From assembly GCA_016183235.1 (NCBI GenBank), contig JACPFA010000026.1, forward strand, positions 33,284 to 97,283: 64,000 nt of DNA, given 5' to 3'. This document shows positions 62,871-64,000 of the stretch, piece by piece. Both the position numbers and the translations under genes were made by a program. How positions within the stretch are numbered: the first letter of the stretch is position 1; the number at the start of each line of letters is the position of its first letter. The notes beneath the pieces were generated by a model. It was not told the origin of the DNA, ran no database searches, and worked only from the letters and a program-made list of their open reading frames with translations. The DNA is from Deltaproteobacteria bacterium. GTDB taxonomy: Bacteria; UBA10199; DSSB01; JACPFA01.

Positions 62871-63089
62871 TAAAAAGCGAGGGATGCGACTTTGCGGTTG
62901 AGTTAGCTTTTTCGACCCATCGCGGAATCGCCGGGGCCCCCAATGCGGGCTAGCCGGCATGGAAAGCCGAGGCCCGCCGCAGGCGGGAACGCGGAAGGCT
63001 TCCGTGCCGGCTAGCCCCATTAGGGTCGGCGATGGAGCGCCGGGTCGAAAAAGCTAACTCAACCGCAAAGTCGCATCCCTCGCTTTTTA
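62871..63089. repeat. E-type palindromic element, copy 2 (same core as 22907-23014, different outer stem)
   Basis: Outer arms taaaaagcgagggatgcgactttgcggttgagttagctttttcgaccc and their complement. The core 62917-63040 is about 94% identical to the reverse complement of the E1 core. Confidence 0.85.
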
Positions 63090-63154
63090 GTGCAACAATT
63101 TGAATATTTATTTGCGGTGATGACTTTATTCTCCAGGAGACTTTAACCCCCACT

Positions 63155-63170
63155 TGTTTCATGTGAAACA
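63155..63170. promoter_or_regulatory. parS centromere-like site
   Basis: TGTTTCATGTGAAACA matches the parS consensus TGTTTCACGTGAAACA at 15 of 16 positions. It lies 8 nt beyond the mnmG stop and ~690 bp upstream of parA. Confidence 0.6.
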
Positions 63171-63177
63171 AAAGCCC

Positions 63178-64000
63178 TCAAGCGGCTGCTTTGCCATTGA
63201 GTTGTTTTTTTAAAAAGATGGCCAGGATGCTTAAGGCTGCGGGGGTGATGCCTGATATTTTGCTCGCTTCATCAAGATTAGAGGGGGCGAACTTTTTTAA
63301 TTTCTCGACCACTTCCTGAGAAAGCCCTGGAATTTTATCAAAGGAAAATTTTTCTGGAAAGGCGTGCTCGGCCAGTTGTTGGTATTGCCGAGCTAAAATT
63401 TTGCCTCGTTCAATATAGCCGGAGTATTTAGTCTCCACCTCTGCTGTATAGAGATTCTCTGGATCGTAGGTCTTCATAAACCCAAGCTTTTCTGAAAAAA
63501 CCTCGACAAGATTTACTAGGTTGCATTCTGGTCGGCAAAGAATTTCAGACAAGGGCAGGGGTTTTTTAAGCGGAGCTGTTTTTAAGGTGTCTTCCATTAT
63601 CTGATTAATTTCTGGTGTGGGGTAAAAAATGATTTCTTTTAAAGCTTCTTGGATGGTGGTGACTTGAGTCCTCCGGTGAATAAAGTCCCCATATTCTTTG
63701 TGATCGATCAAGCCTAAAGTCATGCCTAGTTCTCTCAATCGAAGATCGGCGTTATCTTCCCTCAATAACAATCGATGTTCAGCTCGAGAAGTAAACATGC
63801 GATAAGGTTCACCACAGGTGCCTTTTGTCACCAGGTCATCAATCAACACACCAATGTAGGCCTGATCTCGAGTCAAAATGAAGGGTTTTTCTCCCCGGAT
63901 TTTCAACACAGCGTTAATTCCAGCCATCAGCCCTTGAGCCGCTGCCTCTTCGTAACCTGAAGTTCCATTGATTTGGCCGGCTAAAAATAAATTTTCGATG
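63178..64000 (-). CDS. mnmG: tRNA uridine 5-carboxymethylaminomethyl modification enzyme MnmG (GidA), C-terminal part
   Basis: The reading frame continues upstream of the track's Met at 63927 to the window edge (...LAGQINGTSGYEEAAAQGLMAGINA...YRMFTSRAEHRLLLREDNADLRL). The 5' end lies beyond 64000. Confidence 0.93.
   Translation of the reverse strand, partial: IENLFLAGQINGTSGYEEAAAQGLMAGINAVLKIRGEKPFILTRDQAYIGVLIDDLVTKGTCGEPYRMFTSRAEHRLLLREDNADLRLRELGMTLGLIDHKEYGDFIHRRTQVTTIQEALKEIIFYPTPEINQIMEDTLKTAPLKKPLPLSEILCRPECNLVNLVEVFSEKLGFMKTYDPENLYTAEVETKYSGYIERGKILARQYQQLAEHAFPEKFSFDKIPGLSQEVVEKLKKFAPSNLDEASKISGITPAALSILAIFLKKQLNGKAAA

Overview
This 64-kb window looks like chromosomal DNA from an uncultivated Gram-negative bacterium. 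The parA-parB-bactofilin-atpF'FHAGDC order resembles deltaproteobacteria-like lineages, but that placement is only a guess. Recognisable housekeeping genes are nth, xseA, xseB-ispA, hemL, tlyA, a five-gene peptide ABC transporter, a CPBP protease, the F1Fo ATP synthase operon, a bactofilin, parB, parA and the 3' part of mnmG. Accessory content includes seven type II toxin-antitoxin pairs (higBA, two hicAB, two vapBC, two relE/parE-phd). It also includes two thrombospondin-type-3-repeat surface proteins, a tandemly duplicated orphan gene pair, an orphan form-IV RuBisCO-like protein, and several HExxH proteins. A pair of large ORFs at 37.0-41.5 kb encodes a TPR protein with duplicated transglutaminase-core-like modules. 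I found no rRNA, tRNA, CRISPR array, transposase, integrase or reverse transcriptase. The most unusual signal is not a gene. Almost every intergenic gap, and several gene ends, are filled with a modular family of short palindromic repeats that nest inside one another's hairpin loops, up to three levels deep. One copy has MITE-like hallmarks (an 8-bp target-site duplication flanking 36-bp terminal inverted repeats). Two copies of another module show compensatory stem substitutions. Several copies supply coding sequence: signal-peptide cores, a replaced C-terminus of ATP synthase epsilon, and new stop codons. Other points worth a second look are an in-frame atpF'-atpF fusion and two parS-like sites flanking a repeat-filled spacer where rsmG might be expected. 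There are also two sigma-54-type promoters, and recombination scars carrying ispA and hlyIII fragments inside a small toxin-antitoxin-flanked islet. All family assignments come from motifs read by eye. No database search was run.
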